Source: an uncultured Verrucomicrobiae bacterium
GTDB taxonomy: Bacteria; Verrucomicrobiota; Verrucomicrobiia; Chthoniobacterales; JAATET01
NCBI GenBank assembly: GCA_963749035.1
Contig: CAVVKW010000004.1
Coordinates: 594,531-658,530 of the forward strand
DNA length: 64,000 bases
Reading direction: 5' to 3'
The position numbers and the translations under genes were made by a program. Shown in pieces: positions 29,484 through 38,546 of this stretch (positions are counted from its first letter, which is position 1; every line of letters begins with the position of its first letter). The notes below the pieces were generated by a model, which had not been told where the DNA came from, did not search any database, and was given only the letters and a program-made list of their open reading frames with translations.

Positions 29484-29676
29484 GAACCAACTTAAGGAAC
29501 TCGAGGGCGTCGTCCCGATCAACGGAAGGAAACTGTGCAAGAAATGAGTCAACCGAGTGACCTGCATCGATGTATTCAAGCAACGATTGAGCGATCACCC
29601 GCGTATCGCGAAATACGACTGTTCCACCCAGAATCTCTGGATCGGAATGAACTGGACTGTGATCAAGAGTTACCAT
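29464..29676 (-). CDS. DUF433-like putative antitoxin
   Basis: 70 aa. SDPEILGGTVVFRDTRV...LLEYIDAGHSVDSFLAQFPSV pattern. Overlaps the downstream gene by 20 nt. Confidence 0.65.
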   Translation of the reverse strand: MVTLDHSPVHSDPEILGGTVVFRDTRVIAQSLLEYIDAGHSVDSFLAQFPSVDRDDALEFLKLVREDSHS

Positions 29677-29720
29677 TGCGTGATATTACCGATTGCGAGT
29701 CTTTCTGCAACTGTATTGGG

Positions 29721-29846
29721 CCCTAACGTCAAGCTCAGCCACCCCGAACGGATGATCGAGCAATGGGTTGTGATCTGCTGGAGGGAAGACGTGGATGAAA
29801 GCTGACTGCGTAGCGGCTAGGGGTTGGCTACAGCGCCTTGTTCGGT
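29721..29846 (-). repeat. attC site 15
   Basis: Boxes ccctaac/gttcggt, 126 bp. Confidence 0.9.
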
Positions 29847-29852
29847 CTGTAT

Positions 29853-30242
29853 TTATTCTTTTCCGTAGAATTCGGAGATCTCTATTTGATTGAGCGACCT
29901 GATGAAGAACCAATCTCGCAGAAACGCATAAAGCAATATGAGCGCAGTCCCTCCGATGGCCGTGTAAGAGAATCGATTCTGCCAGAGCAAAGACAAAAAT
30001 TCGTAAGCTCCATTGTCAAAACTCCAAGTTAGGAGAAGATAAAGTCCTAGGAATTGGATGGACCACATTGGGGTTTGAGCTACTTGAGGTTTTTGGCGAT
30101 GAGGGGCCATCATCCTGACGAACGCGGCCCCGACGAAAAACACTACAGCAATCCAAAGGTTGAGAATAAATGCAATGGCTGTGCCGATGAACAGCAGGAA
30201 ATGCGATGAGAGAACTAATTGTTTCACGCTGATGTAGACCAT
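29853..30242 (-). CDS. cassette ORF, 129-aa integral membrane protein (copy 1 of 2)
   Basis: 4 TM segments with its own TAA stop. Near-identical copy at 36437..36826. Confidence 0.7.
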   Translation of the reverse strand: MVYISVKQLVLSSHFLLFIGTAIAFILNLWIAVVFFVGAAFVRMMAPHRQKPQVAQTPMWSIQFLGLYLLLTWSFDNGAYEFLSLLWQNRFSYTAIGGTALILLYAFLRDWFFIRSLNQIEISEFYGKE

Positions 30243-30287
30243 GAGTGAGATTTTTGGCTAGTTAGGGTTTCGCTAAAGTATTTCTGG

Positions 30288-30413
30288 ACCGAACGTCAAG
30301 CTCAGCCACCCCGAACGAGCTTCCGAGGTATGGATTGATGTTTGTTGGAGGAAGAGCTTTCGAACGTCGGAAACGGAGGGCGGCTAGGGGTTGGCTGCAG
30401 CGCCTTGTTAGAC
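30288..30413 (-). repeat. attC site 16
   Basis: Boxes accgaac/gttagac, 126 bp. Confidence 0.9.
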
Positions 30414-30731
30414 TGGTCAGGATAAAATAGTGAGCTGCGGAGAAGATAATCGAAAACTGCGGACTAGCTCATCGTGTGCCACAACAATGTACGCAGTCGA
30501 GAAACTGATCTCTTTCAGGATCTCATGGTCGTATACAAGTGACAGTTGTGGCACTCGATGAGCCTCCCACAGCAGGGGGAACGTTGAATGCGTGATAGGC
30601 TCCCGTGCCGAAGGATTTCACGGATGCTACGATCTGGACAACTATTCTTTATGCTCGTTCTTTAATCGCCCGATTAATTGTTCGCAATCGAATGCCTGTT
30701 GGAAACGGAAGTCGCAATGCAGTATCAGGAA
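30414..30731 (-). repeat. cassette family C, copy C2
   Basis: Hairpin arms at 30467-30485 and 30545-30563. No frame is conserved with C3-C5. Confidence 0.8.
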
Positions 30732-30857
30732 GTCGAACGTCAAGCTCAGCCACCCCGTACGGGCGTTCGAGCTACGGGTTGTGAACTGCTGGAAGAATCG
30801 CTTTCGAGCATCTGAGACGGAACGCGGCTAGGGGTTGGCTGCAGCGTCTTAATGGAC
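30732..30857 (-). repeat. attC site 17
   Basis: Boxes gtcgaac/aatggac, 126 bp. Confidence 0.85.
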
Positions 30858-31228
30858 AGAATTTCATCGAGTCGCCGCCTGGCAATCGAGCTATCAAACC
30901 TTCGAATGATGCGCTTATCGAGTGACACGACAACAAACGCAAACGGATTGATGGTCTTTCGGAGGTTTGCCCGTGGCATACAGGTTGCCGTCGTGGCGGT
31001 CGATGAGCTCTCCAGCAACGGAAGTGTGAATGTCTCGGTGGAGGTGAATGTGAAGGTGAAGGTGAAGGTGAAGGTGAAGGTGAAGGTGAAGGTGAAGGTG
31101 AAGGTGAAGGTGAAGAAACGCTGATCCAAAGGAAGTGAATATCAATATGACTGCTGAACGCCTTGCAGACGGTTACGCACCCATTTTCCTTTCTGGCGTT
31201 CGCATACGAAGAATCCGCATTTCATTCT
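30858..31228 (-). repeat. cassette family A, copy A4 (expanded hexamer tract)
   Basis: Same unit as A2, with 12 GGTGAA-type units. Confidence 0.85.
31043..31114. repeat. (GGTGAA)n microsatellite, 12 units (10 perfect)
   Basis: Counted directly: perfect units from 31055 to 31114. Confidence 0.95.
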
Positions 31229-31354
31229 GTCCATCGTCAAGCTCAGCCACCCCGATCGGGTGTGCGAGCTACTGTTTGTGATCTACTGAAAGAATCGCTT
31301 TCGAGCATCTGAGACGGAACGCGGCTAGGGGTTGGCTGCAGCGCCTTGTTCGAC
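31229..31354 (-). repeat. attC site 18
   Basis: Boxes gtccatc/gttcgac, 126 bp. Confidence 0.85.
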
Positions 31355-31721
31355 TGGATTGGGTTGTCGTCCGGGAAAGTCATCGAGCTACTGGGGGCGT
31401 CGTATACTTTAGTTCAAATCGCGAAGCCACTTCAATGAATGGACGAATCCGGAGAGAAGGGTTCGACTCGGAAGGCATATATTTCACGAGCGTGGAACGG
31501 ATGAGGGCTGGATGTGACCGGAACGAGTAGGGATCAAGCTACAAATCTTTTTTTCATCCGCCGGAGGCTGCTCACGGACATCGGTCGAAATCCGGTAGAG
31601 CCGACCTTGCCTCCGGCGTGGCCTCTCAAGTCGTCGCAGTCTGAACCAATGGTAGTTTGCCGGGTTTGCCGTCAGCTACAGAAGCCCGGATTTAATCATT
31701 CGCCGGAGGCTGCATCATGAA
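31355..31721 (-). repeat. cassette family B, copy B2
   Basis: Family B unit. Confidence 0.8.
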
Positions 31722-31847
31722 GTCGAACATCAAGCTCAGCCACCCCGAACGGGCGTGCGAGCTACGGGTTGTGATCTACTGGAGGAAAACTGAGGAAGAA
31801 AGCTGATAGTGGAGCGGCTAGGGGTTGGCTGCAGTGCCTTGTTAGCT
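31722..31847 (-). repeat. attC site 19
   Basis: Boxes gtcgaac/gttagct, 126 bp. Confidence 0.9.
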
Positions 31848-32235
31848 GCCTTCGTGGTGCGATCGTCATCCATGTTGGGTTGGGATGTCGCCTGAGCTGC
31901 TTTTTATTGGATTGATTCTGTGCTAGCGAGTGAGACTCGAACGTAAATATCAGCTATTACAATTTACTTCCTTTGCACGACTGCAATGATGAAGTTCGAA
32001 TCTGAAGATGGGTTCTATACCGAAGTCACAATATCATTATGAAAGCGCAATTCATTCGAAGGAGGTGAGAATAAAGAAGAGGACCTTCGTGTGAATCATA
32101 TATGTATTCAATTTGTGTCAATTGTTTTATAGAATAGTGAAGATCAAACTATGATATGGATTGGGACTCAGATGCACATCAACGATCTACAGAACGACGT
32201 CGCATTGCGGGTTGTTGCATGAATATTGTATAAGC

Positions 32236-32361
32236 AGCTAACGTCAAGCTCAGCCACCCCGAACGGGCGTTCGAGCTACGGGTTGTGATCTACTGGAGGA
32301 AAACGGTGGAAGAAGCTCGGCAGGTGAGCGGCTAGGGGTTGGCTGCAGCGCCTTGTTCGGC
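32236..32361 (-). repeat. attC site 20
   Basis: Boxes agctaac/gttcggc, 126 bp. Confidence 0.9.
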
Positions 32362-32366
32362 TGTAT

Positions 32367-32894
32367 TCACTGTGCAAACGATCGGATTCTTTCCTCGAGT
32401 CCGATTGCAACCGTCATCCTAGATTCGATCTCAAGCTCGTCGGGATAAAATTGGCGACCGCCGTCTGAAACTAGGAACCTTAAAAAGTGCAGCACAGCGT
32501 TGTTCGCTCGAACGATCATGTCGTATAGCAACCAGCTTTTTGGAAAGTGTTCCGCTCGTTCAAGCGTCAGATGTGAAAAATGCTTATTGATGTCGGATCT
32601 TTCAGAGTCAGTCAGAAACGGACCGGGGGAAGTGAACTCCGGATACATGTCAGCGCACAAATCCGTGGGAAACTTTGGTGCGCAAAAGAAAGAGTTAATT
32701 AGGCGCATGCTGGAAAGTGAAGTCTCAATCGTCCCATTTTCGAGGGCATCGATCGCAGCTGAGGGAATGTTGGTCTCTCTGATGGCTCTTCCAAAGTGGG
32801 TCTGCCAGTAGAACGGTAGAGAAATCATATCTGCTGAAAGGCAGAACTCTCGAGCACCGCCCTTTAGTTGGGATAGTGTAGGGTCTGATTTCAT
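32367..32894 (-). CDS. cassette ORF, 175-aa hypothetical protein
   Basis: ATG start and own TGA stop, immediately 5' of the conserved ATACAG+R box. A CATCCGCCGGAGGCTG motif lies upstream (32927-32942). Confidence 0.7.
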   Translation of the reverse strand: MKSDPTLSQLKGGAREFCLSADMISLPFYWQTHFGRAIRETNIPSAAIDALENGTIETSLSSMRLINSFFCAPKFPTDLCADMYPEFTSPGPFLTDSERSDINKHFSHLTLERAEHFPKSWLLYDMIVRANNAVLHFLRFLVSDGGRQFYPDELEIESRMTVAIGLEERIRSFAQ

Positions 32895-32943
32895 TATGAG
32901 CTGGGAAAGGTGTGCGTCATTTATATCATCCGCCGGAGGCTGA

Positions 32944-33069
32944 GCCGAACGTCAAGCTCAGCCACCCCGAACGGGCTTGCGAGCTACTGGTTGTAATCTG
33001 CTGAAAGAATCGCTTTCGAGCATCTGAGACGGAATGCGGCTAGGGGTTGGCTGCAGCGCCTTGTTCGAC
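32944..33069 (-). repeat. attC site 21
   Basis: Boxes gccgaac/gttcgac, 126 bp. Confidence 0.9.
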
Positions 33070-33435
33070 TGTATCGGCTGGTGGTCCGGGAAAGTCATCG
33101 ATCTACTGGGAGCGTCGTATACTTTGGTTCAAATCGCGAAGCCACTTCATTGTTTCGAGGAATCCAAAGAGAAGTGCTTGACTCGGAAGGCATATATTTC
33201 ACGAACGCGGAAGGGATGAGGGCTGGATGTGGCTGGAATGAACAGGGACCAAGCTACGAATTTTTTTTCATCCGCCGGAGGCTGCTCACGGACGTCGGTC
33301 GAAATCCGGTGGAGCCGATCTTGTCTTCGGGGTGGCCTCTCAAGTCGTCGCAGTCTGAACCAATGGTAGTTTGCCGGGTTTGCCGTCAGCTAGAGAACAC
33401 CGAATTTACTCATCCGCCGGAGGCTGCATCATGAA
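33070..33435 (-). repeat. cassette family B, copy B3
   Basis: Family B unit. Confidence 0.8.
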
Positions 33436-33564
33436 GTCGAACGTCAAGCTCAGTCACCCCGAACACGGGACCGAACTTGCATGGTGGACGTTGGATGGAA
33501 TGGCGGAAGTCAGAACAACTGCGCCGTGTCGCGGCTAGGGGTTGGCTGCAGCGCCTTGTTCGGT
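33436..33564 (-). repeat. attC site 22
   Basis: Boxes gtcgaac/gttcggt, 129-bp subtype. Confidence 0.9.
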
Positions 33565-33948
33565 CGTATCTTTTACAATTTCTATATGGTCGTCGCTATT
33601 GGGAGCTGAATCAACGATCTTATTTTTGCCGAATGACCATATGATCATCCTATCTGAGCGATGAGCGAACACATACGGAGTCCCCCATGGATCAACAAAC
33701 CGGCCTTCCGAATCGATACTCCTTCTAGGAAACTTGATATACTGAATATTCCCGTCTTTGCCATCTAGCTTCCGTGAGATCTCAATATTTGATCCTTGTG
33801 GAAAGGTGCCTTCGCGCGACTGATATCGTTGGATCGCTACCGCGAGGGTGCTCAGCTCTAAATCGATCCAAGATACATTTTCCGACTGGACGCACGCAGA
33901 TGTCGAAATGCATATAGAAAGAAGAAGATTGGCGGAGAAGCGAATCAC
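33535..33948 (-). CDS. GspG-like (type II secretion pseudopilin C-terminal domain) lipoprotein-like cassette protein
   Basis: GTG at 33948 gives MIRFSANLLLSICISTSAC. LAVAIQRYQSREGTFPQ and DPWGTPYVF resemble the pseudopilin G globular domain. Tail TEQGAAANP. The track ORF extends through attC 23. Confidence 0.5.
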   Translation of the reverse strand: MIRFSANLLLSICISTSACVQSENVSWIDLELSTLAVAIQRYQSREGTFPQGSNIEISRKLDGKDGNIQYIKFPRRSIDSEGRFVDPWGTPYVFAHRSDRMIIWSFGKNKIVDSAPNSDDHIEIVKDTTEQGAAANP

Positions 33949-33962
33949 GGCGAAGTTTTTGG

Positions 33963-34088
33963 ACCGAACGTCAAGCTCAGCCACCCCGAACAGATGGTCG
34001 AAATACTGATTGTGTTCTGATGAAGGTGACGCTTCCGAGCGTCTGAAAAGGAGAGCGGCTAGGGGTTGGCTGCAGCGCCTTGTTGGGC
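33963..34088 (-). repeat. attC site 23
   Basis: Boxes accgaac/gttgggc, 126 bp. Confidence 0.9.
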
Positions 34089-34514
34089 TTTCATCTTCCA
34101 TAGGACAACTGATCCAATGACTGCAATCATCAGAATGCAGGCGGTCATGACGATGCAAATATGTTGAAATGCAGGTGATAGTTCACGAGTGAGAACGGGA
34201 AAGCTCCAAGGTCGAGAGCATAGAATCAGAATTGAATAGGCTGATGTAGCGATCCAAAAATACCTACTGAATGAAACGAAATTCCGCACTAAAATCGAAA
34301 TCGCGCCGAAGATAAACGCGAAGTAACCGTAAATCCATGCCGTTTGGATTGCGGCAATCCAAACTCCATTTGCAGAGCGTAGGCGGGAAACCTCGTTCCA
34401 CAACTCAACAGGCGTCACGAGTGCTGCGAAAATGGTGTAGGGAATGGCAAGGCTAGTCGGGAAAAGTATGGTGAGTCCGACGAAAGCAAAAACGCGGTGT
34501 AGATGCTTTTTCAT
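34059..34514 (-). CDS. cassette ORF, 151-aa integral membrane protein
   Basis: ATG at 34514 (MKKHLHRVF...) with 4-5 TM segments. Tail AQQGAAANP. Confidence 0.7.
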   Translation of the reverse strand: MKKHLHRVFAFVGLTILFPTSLAIPYTIFAALVTPVELWNEVSRLRSANGVWIAAIQTAWIYGYFAFIFGAISILVRNFVSFSRYFWIATSAYSILILCSRPWSFPVLTRELSPAFQHICIVMTACILMIAVIGSVVLWKMKAQQGAAANP

Positions 34515-34517
34515 ATA

Positions 34518-34643
34518 GCCCAACGTCAAGCTCAGCCACCCCGAACGGGCATGCGAGCTACGGGTTGTGAACTGCTGAAGGTAACGCTTCCGAGAGTCTG
34601 AAACGGAGCGCGGCTAGGGGTTGGCTGCAGCGCCTTGTTAGCC
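34518..34643 (-). repeat. attC site 24
   Basis: Boxes gcccaac/gttagcc, 126 bp. Confidence 0.9.
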
Positions 34644-34644
34644 C

Positions 34645-35109
34645 TCATTTAGGATACTGATCGGACCAGACTACCGATTTTGGTTCGGTCGTAGCGGACA
34701 GTGGATTCTCTGGATCTACAAGATTCAATCCAGTTCGAGCCGTAGATTTAAGGTGATCGAGGTTTGCTGAAAAGACGACTGATCGATAAGGTGGTAGGCT
34801 GCAAATTCGCAGACCAGTTCCGCAGAACCATCCTACTTCGACGTCGCTCCATTCATCGTCGACCATATTCTGAACCCGATACCATGGAGATGATGCGGAA
34901 TATCCGATATATCTGACTGTCTCTGATGAATTGTTTATTAGTCTAAAAGCGCGATGACCGAGCATCTTAGATGGCGAATCGTCAATGACTATAAAAATGC
35001 CATCATTTTGTTTGTATATTTCAGGAATATCTTCAGATATCGCAGCATCAATTTTTGTGCTCTCGATTTCTGCGATACGAGCCGCTTCCTCCAAGCTGTC
35101 TTGAGCCAT
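34645..35109 (-). CDS. cassette ORF, hypothetical protein
   Basis: First ATG outside the attC is at 35109 (MAQDSLEE...). The track start at 35178 is a TTG inside attC 25. Own TGA stop. Confidence 0.6.
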   Translation of the reverse strand: MAQDSLEEAARIAEIESTKIDAAISEDIPEIYKQNDGIFIVIDDSPSKMLGHRAFRLINNSSETVRYIGYSASSPWYRVQNMVDDEWSDVEVGWFCGTGLRICSLPPYRSVVFSANLDHLKSTARTGLNLVDPENPLSATTEPKSVVWSDQYPK

Positions 35110-35166
35110 GGATGAGAAAACCGACGCGCAGAAAAAAGACTGTATAGAACGATTTTGTATCTCATA

Positions 35167-35292
35167 GGCTAACGTCAAGCTCAGCCACCCTGAACGGGTA
35201 ACCGAATTTGTCTGGTGATCTTCTGGAAGTTGAGGGTCCGCGCAACCCCAAGAGCGAAGCGGCTAGGGGTTGGCTGCAGCGCCTTGTTGGGC
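35167..35292 (-). repeat. attC site 25
   Basis: Boxes ggctaac/gttgggc, 126 bp. Confidence 0.9.
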
Positions 35293-35802
35293 TGTATTGT
35301 TCACCCAGGTAGGAATATTCTTGAGGGGTTGCTTTATGACTGACTTTGATGAAGTGGCGCTTGGAAAGTCGATTTCTTTCGGGCGCTTCATCGAAATGGA
35401 TAGCAGCTTCTTTCGGCTATCGAATGGAACTTCAAATCGTTCATGACCATCGGAACTATCAAATACAAATCGATCCGAGGATATGGAGATCACATTCGTA
35501 GCTTTCCATTGCCCTGAGAATCTATTTAAGAAGTCGGAATTACTTCCTTCAGTGATATGCCAGTATTTATTGTCTTTCAGATTCCAGCGTCCCCAAGAAA
35601 CAACGATTTCTGATGCCTTGTTCAAGTCGTAGCTCAAATACCATTTCTGAGCGAATCGGCCATCGCCATATCTATCAATAATCCAGTAACCGGTTGGAAC
35701 CGTTTCTGCCATCCAGCGGCCAATCAAAAGTTTGCTTTGATCGGCGGCGAATGAAAATTGAAGGCTTGCGATGGAGAAAAGTGCGAAAATTAGAGTGCGC
35801 AT
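35263..35802 (-). CDS. cassette ORF, secreted protein (lipocalin-like?)
   Basis: Signal peptide MRTLIFALFSIASLQFSFA. LLIGRWMAE motif, also seen in the 55068 cassette. Tail AQQGAAANP. Confidence 0.7.
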   Translation of the reverse strand: MRTLIFALFSIASLQFSFAADQSKLLIGRWMAETVPTGYWIIDRYGDGRFAQKWYLSYDLNKASEIVVSWGRWNLKDNKYWHITEGSNSDFLNRFSGQWKATNVISISSDRFVFDSSDGHERFEVPFDSRKKLLSISMKRPKEIDFPSATSSKSVIKQPLKNIPTWVNNTAQQGAAANP

Positions 35803-35812
35803 TTGTAAAAAG

Positions 35813-35938
35813 CCCTAACGTCAAGCTCAGCCACCCCGAACGGGCGTGCGAGCTACTGGTTGTGATCTGCTGAACGTGACGCTTTCGAACATCTGAAACA
35901 GAACGCGGCTAGGGGTTGGCTGCAGCGCCTTGTTCGAC
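35813..35938 (-). repeat. attC site 26
   Basis: Boxes ccctaac/gttcgac, 126 bp. Confidence 0.9.
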
Positions 35939-36304
35939 TGTATCGGATGGCGGTCCGGAAAGGTGTTCGAGCTACACTGGGAATTGTATTCGTCTTACCA
36001 AATCGCGAAGACACTTTCATGTTTCAGCGAACCCTAAGAAAAGGGTTCGACTCGGAAGGCATATATCTCGCGAACGCGGAAGGGATGAGGGCTGGATGTG
36101 GCCGGAACGACCGGGGATCAAGCTACAATTCTTTTTTCATCCGCCGGAGGCTGCTCACGGACATCGGTCGAAATCCGGTTGAGCCGATCTTGTCTTCGGG
36201 GTGGCCTCTCAAGTCGTCGTAGTCTGAACCAATGGTAGCTTGCCGGGTTTGCCGTCAGCTACAGAATACCGAATTCCCTGATCCGCCGGAGGCTGCATCA
36301 TGAA
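35939..36304 (-). repeat. cassette family B, copy B4
   Basis: Family B unit, close to B9. Confidence 0.8.
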
Positions 36305-36430
36305 GTCGAACGTCAAGCTCAGCCACCCCGAACAAGCTTCCGAGGTATGGATTGATGTTTGTTGGAGGAAGAGCTTTCGAACGTCGAAAACGGAGTGCGG
36401 CTAGGGGTTGGCTGCAGCGCCTTGTTCGGT
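36305..36430 (-). repeat. attC site 27
   Basis: Boxes gtcgaac/gttcggt, 126 bp. Confidence 0.9.
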
Positions 36431-36436
36431 CTGTAT

Positions 36437-36826
36437 TTATTCTTTTCCGTGGAATTCGGAGATCTCTATTTGATCGAGCGACCTGATTAAGAACCAATCT
36501 CGCAGAGACGCATAAAGCAATATGAGCGCAGTCCCTCCGATGGCCGTGTAAGAGAATCGATTCTGCCAGAGCAAAGACAAAAATTCGTAAGCTCCATTGT
36601 CAAAACTCCAAGTTAGGAGAAGATAAAGTCCTAGGAATTGGATGGACCACATCGGGGTTTGAGCTACTTGAGGTTTTTGGCGATGAGGGGCCATCATCCT
36701 GACGAACGCGGCCCCGACGAAAAACACTATAGCAATCCAAAGATTGAGAATAAATGCAATGGCTGTGCCGATGAACAGCAGGAAATGCGATGAGAGAACT
36801 AATTGTTTCACGCTGATGTAGACCAT
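36437..36826 (-). CDS. cassette ORF, 129-aa integral membrane protein (copy 2 of 2)
   Basis: Differs from 29853..30242 at a few residues. Confidence 0.7.
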   Translation of the reverse strand: MVYISVKQLVLSSHFLLFIGTAIAFILNLWIAIVFFVGAAFVRMMAPHRQKPQVAQTPMWSIQFLGLYLLLTWSFDNGAYEFLSLLWQNRFSYTAIGGTALILLYASLRDWFLIRSLDQIEISEFHGKE

Positions 36827-36871
36827 GAGTGAGAATTTTTGCTAGTTAGGGTTTCGCTAAAGTATTTTTGG

Positions 36872-36997
36872 ACCGAACGTCAAGCTCAGTCACCCCGATC
36901 GGATGTTCGAACTACTGGTTGTGATCAACTGCAAACTGATCGTCCGCCAACCCCGAGAGCGAAGCGGCTAGGGGTTGACTGCAGCGCCTTGTTCGGT
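36872..36997 (-). repeat. attC site 28
   Basis: Boxes accgaac/gttcggt, 126 bp. Confidence 0.9.
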
Positions 36998-36998
36998 C

Positions 36999-37304
36999 TC
37001 ATTTTCTTGATCGCAATGATTGGCGAATGCGTGAAGGCCGTCGAACTGCGCCGATGACGAGCGCGATGATCAGGATATCGTCGTGATATCGATAGAACAG
37101 GAAATAGGGAAACGGCTCCAATAGGATCTTCCGAAAATCGGAGTAAAAAATTCTGTGTGCCGTGCCCGAGCCACAAATCTCTGGGATGTAAGAGTAAAAT
37201 GTATCAATGAATTTGTTTCCTAGACCGTGGTATCCGTTCTCGTCGTACCAATTTGCAATTTCAGCAATATCATCTGCGACTTCTGGTAGGATTCGGAAAT
37301 CCAT
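36999..37304 (-). CDS. RelE/ParE-family toxin
   Basis: ATG at 37304 (MDFRILPEVADDIAEI...FPYFLFYRYHDDILIIALV...RRP). Start overlaps the antitoxin stop (TAATG). Confidence 0.7.
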   Translation of the reverse strand: MDFRILPEVADDIAEIANWYDENGYHGLGNKFIDTFYSYIPEICGSGTAHRIFYSDFRKILLEPFPYFLFYRYHDDILIIALVIGAVRRPSRIRQSLRSRK

Positions 37305-37528
37305 TAAGAGCGAAGTTCGCCAAGTCGCACTTTGAAAGCATCCAACGACAGTGCTGAGTCGGGGTCGGTGATGAACCGATCCCATCGCTCATCGAGCAAC
37401 GTTTTCTCCGCAGGAGAAACATCTACCGAATCCAAATTGTGAATGACATCAATCCACAGTTCATCAACTAGCTCGAGTTTATCGCGTGGCGAAAGTGCCT
37501 GTATTTCAGGTAATTGTGCAAGAGTCAT
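37304..37528 (-). CDS. putative addiction-module antitoxin component
   Basis: 74 aa. LSPRDKLELVDELW...LLDERW pattern. Immediately upstream of the toxin. Confidence 0.6.
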   Translation of the reverse strand: MTLAQLPEIQALSPRDKLELVDELWIDVIHNLDSVDVSPAEKTLLDERWDRFITDPDSALSLDAFKVRLGELRS

Positions 37529-37574
37529 GACTGGATTATAGCTGAAAACGGCTCCCGGGGAACCTCATTTATTG

Positions 37575-37700
37575 ACCGAACGTCAAGCTCAGTCACCCCG
37601 AGCGGGCGTCCAAACTTCTGGTTGTGATCAACTTGAATCTGGTCGTTCGCCAACTCCGAGAACGAAGCGGCTAGGGGTTGACTGCTGCGCCTTGTTAGGT
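37575..37700 (-). repeat. attC site 29
   Basis: Boxes accgaac/gttaggt, 126 bp. Confidence 0.9.
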
Positions 37701-37815
37701 CTTTGCGTAATTTTTGTCAATCTCGAGTGGGGCCGAATCTTCGCTCTGCTTCTTCAATGGTCATTAACGGAGTCTCTTTATCGGATGGCTTACTTCCCAT
37801 GAGAACGGACATAAT

Positions 37816-37995
37816 CTAATATAGAATGATTCCGGGAAGAATCCCGGTGAGAGCTGATGCCAGTATCCAAGCTCCGCGCAGCATGTCCGAATTCCAACTA
37901 AAATGTGCCGCTATGCCGCCGCATACACCTGAGATCTTTCGATCGTTGTCTGAGAGATGCAATGGTTCCGTCTTTTCTTGAGATGCTATATTCAT
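37816..37995 (-). CDS. PspC domain-containing small membrane protein
   Basis: ATG at 37995. RKISGVCGGIAAHFSWNSDMLRGAWILASALTG matches the PspC pattern. 59 aa. Confidence 0.6.
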   Translation of the reverse strand: MNIASQEKTEPLHLSDNDRKISGVCGGIAAHFSWNSDMLRGAWILASALTGILPGIILY

Positions 37996-38003
37996 TTTTG
38001 ATG

Positions 38004-38128
38004 ACCTAACGTCAAGCTCAGCCACCCTGAACGGGCGACCGAGAATCTGAAAAAGGTGAACTGCCGGAAAGAGTCACCTCAACCCGGGCGCGAAGCGGCT
38101 AAGGGTTGGCTGCAACGCCTTGTTCGGC
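38004..38128 (-). repeat. attC site 30
   Basis: Boxes acctaac/gttcggc, 125 bp. Confidence 0.9.
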
Positions 38129-38413
38129 TGCATTCTTAGTATTTTTCAAGGTCCGTTCAATCCGTGGATTGATTACAAATCCCCAATAAAGAAATACTGA
38201 CATAATTATTAACGGAAGCTCCAAAAGCCAAAAATAGTTCAAAGACAGCAGATCAAGAATCGATGGTATTCCAAATGCAAAAATTAAAAGTGGCAATCGA
38301 AGCCACATAATGAGCGGCTCTCTTATCTCAAGATTTCTCATAATGGAGCGGATCTCTGACGGCGATTTGTCAGATAATTCTTTTATCTGGCTATGACGCA
38401 AAATGAATTTCAT
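38099..38413 (-). CDS. cassette ORF, 104-aa membrane protein (copy 2 of 3)
   Basis: MKFILRHSQ... paralog. Tail AEQGVAANP. Confidence 0.7.
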   Translation of the reverse strand: MKFILRHSQIKELSDKSPSEIRSIMRNLEIREPLIMWLRLPLLIFAFGIPSILDLLSLNYFWLLELPLIIMSVFLYWGFVINPRIERTLKNTKNAAEQGVAANP

Positions 38414-38420
38414 TGTAATA

Positions 38421-38546
38421 GCCGAACGTCAAGCTCAGCCACCCCGAACGGGCGAACGAGCTAATGATTGTGATCTACGGGAGGAAAACTGTGGAAGTAA
38501 CCTGGTGGTGGAGCGGCTAGGGGTTGGCTGCAGCACCTTGTTCGAC
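38421..38546 (-). repeat. attC site 31
   Basis: Boxes gccgaac/gttcgac, 126 bp. Confidence 0.9.

Noticed and set aside
30746-31129. Repeat proteins with (FT)n, (HL)n or (VK)n tracts are predicted across family A units (30746..31129, 30915..31145, 30852..31124, 54480..54833, 54649..54849).
   Set aside because: They arise from translating the (GGTGAA)n microsatellite. They start at TTG codons and run into or out of attC arms. Comparison of copies shows stops (ATT TGA in A3/A6/A8/A11), mostly non-synonymous changes and indels.
33081-33434. Plus-strand ORFs in family B units (64-118 aa, for example MRAGCGRNDRGSSY...RRRLLTDIGRNPVEPILSSGWPLKSSQSEPMVVCRVCRQLQNTEFTHPPEAAS) could be a repeated small protein.
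   Set aside because: Start positions differ between copies. The homopolymer run upstream of CATCCGCC varies by non-multiples of three. One copy has an internal stop (36220). The sequence is Arg/Ser/Pro-rich with no recognisable fold.
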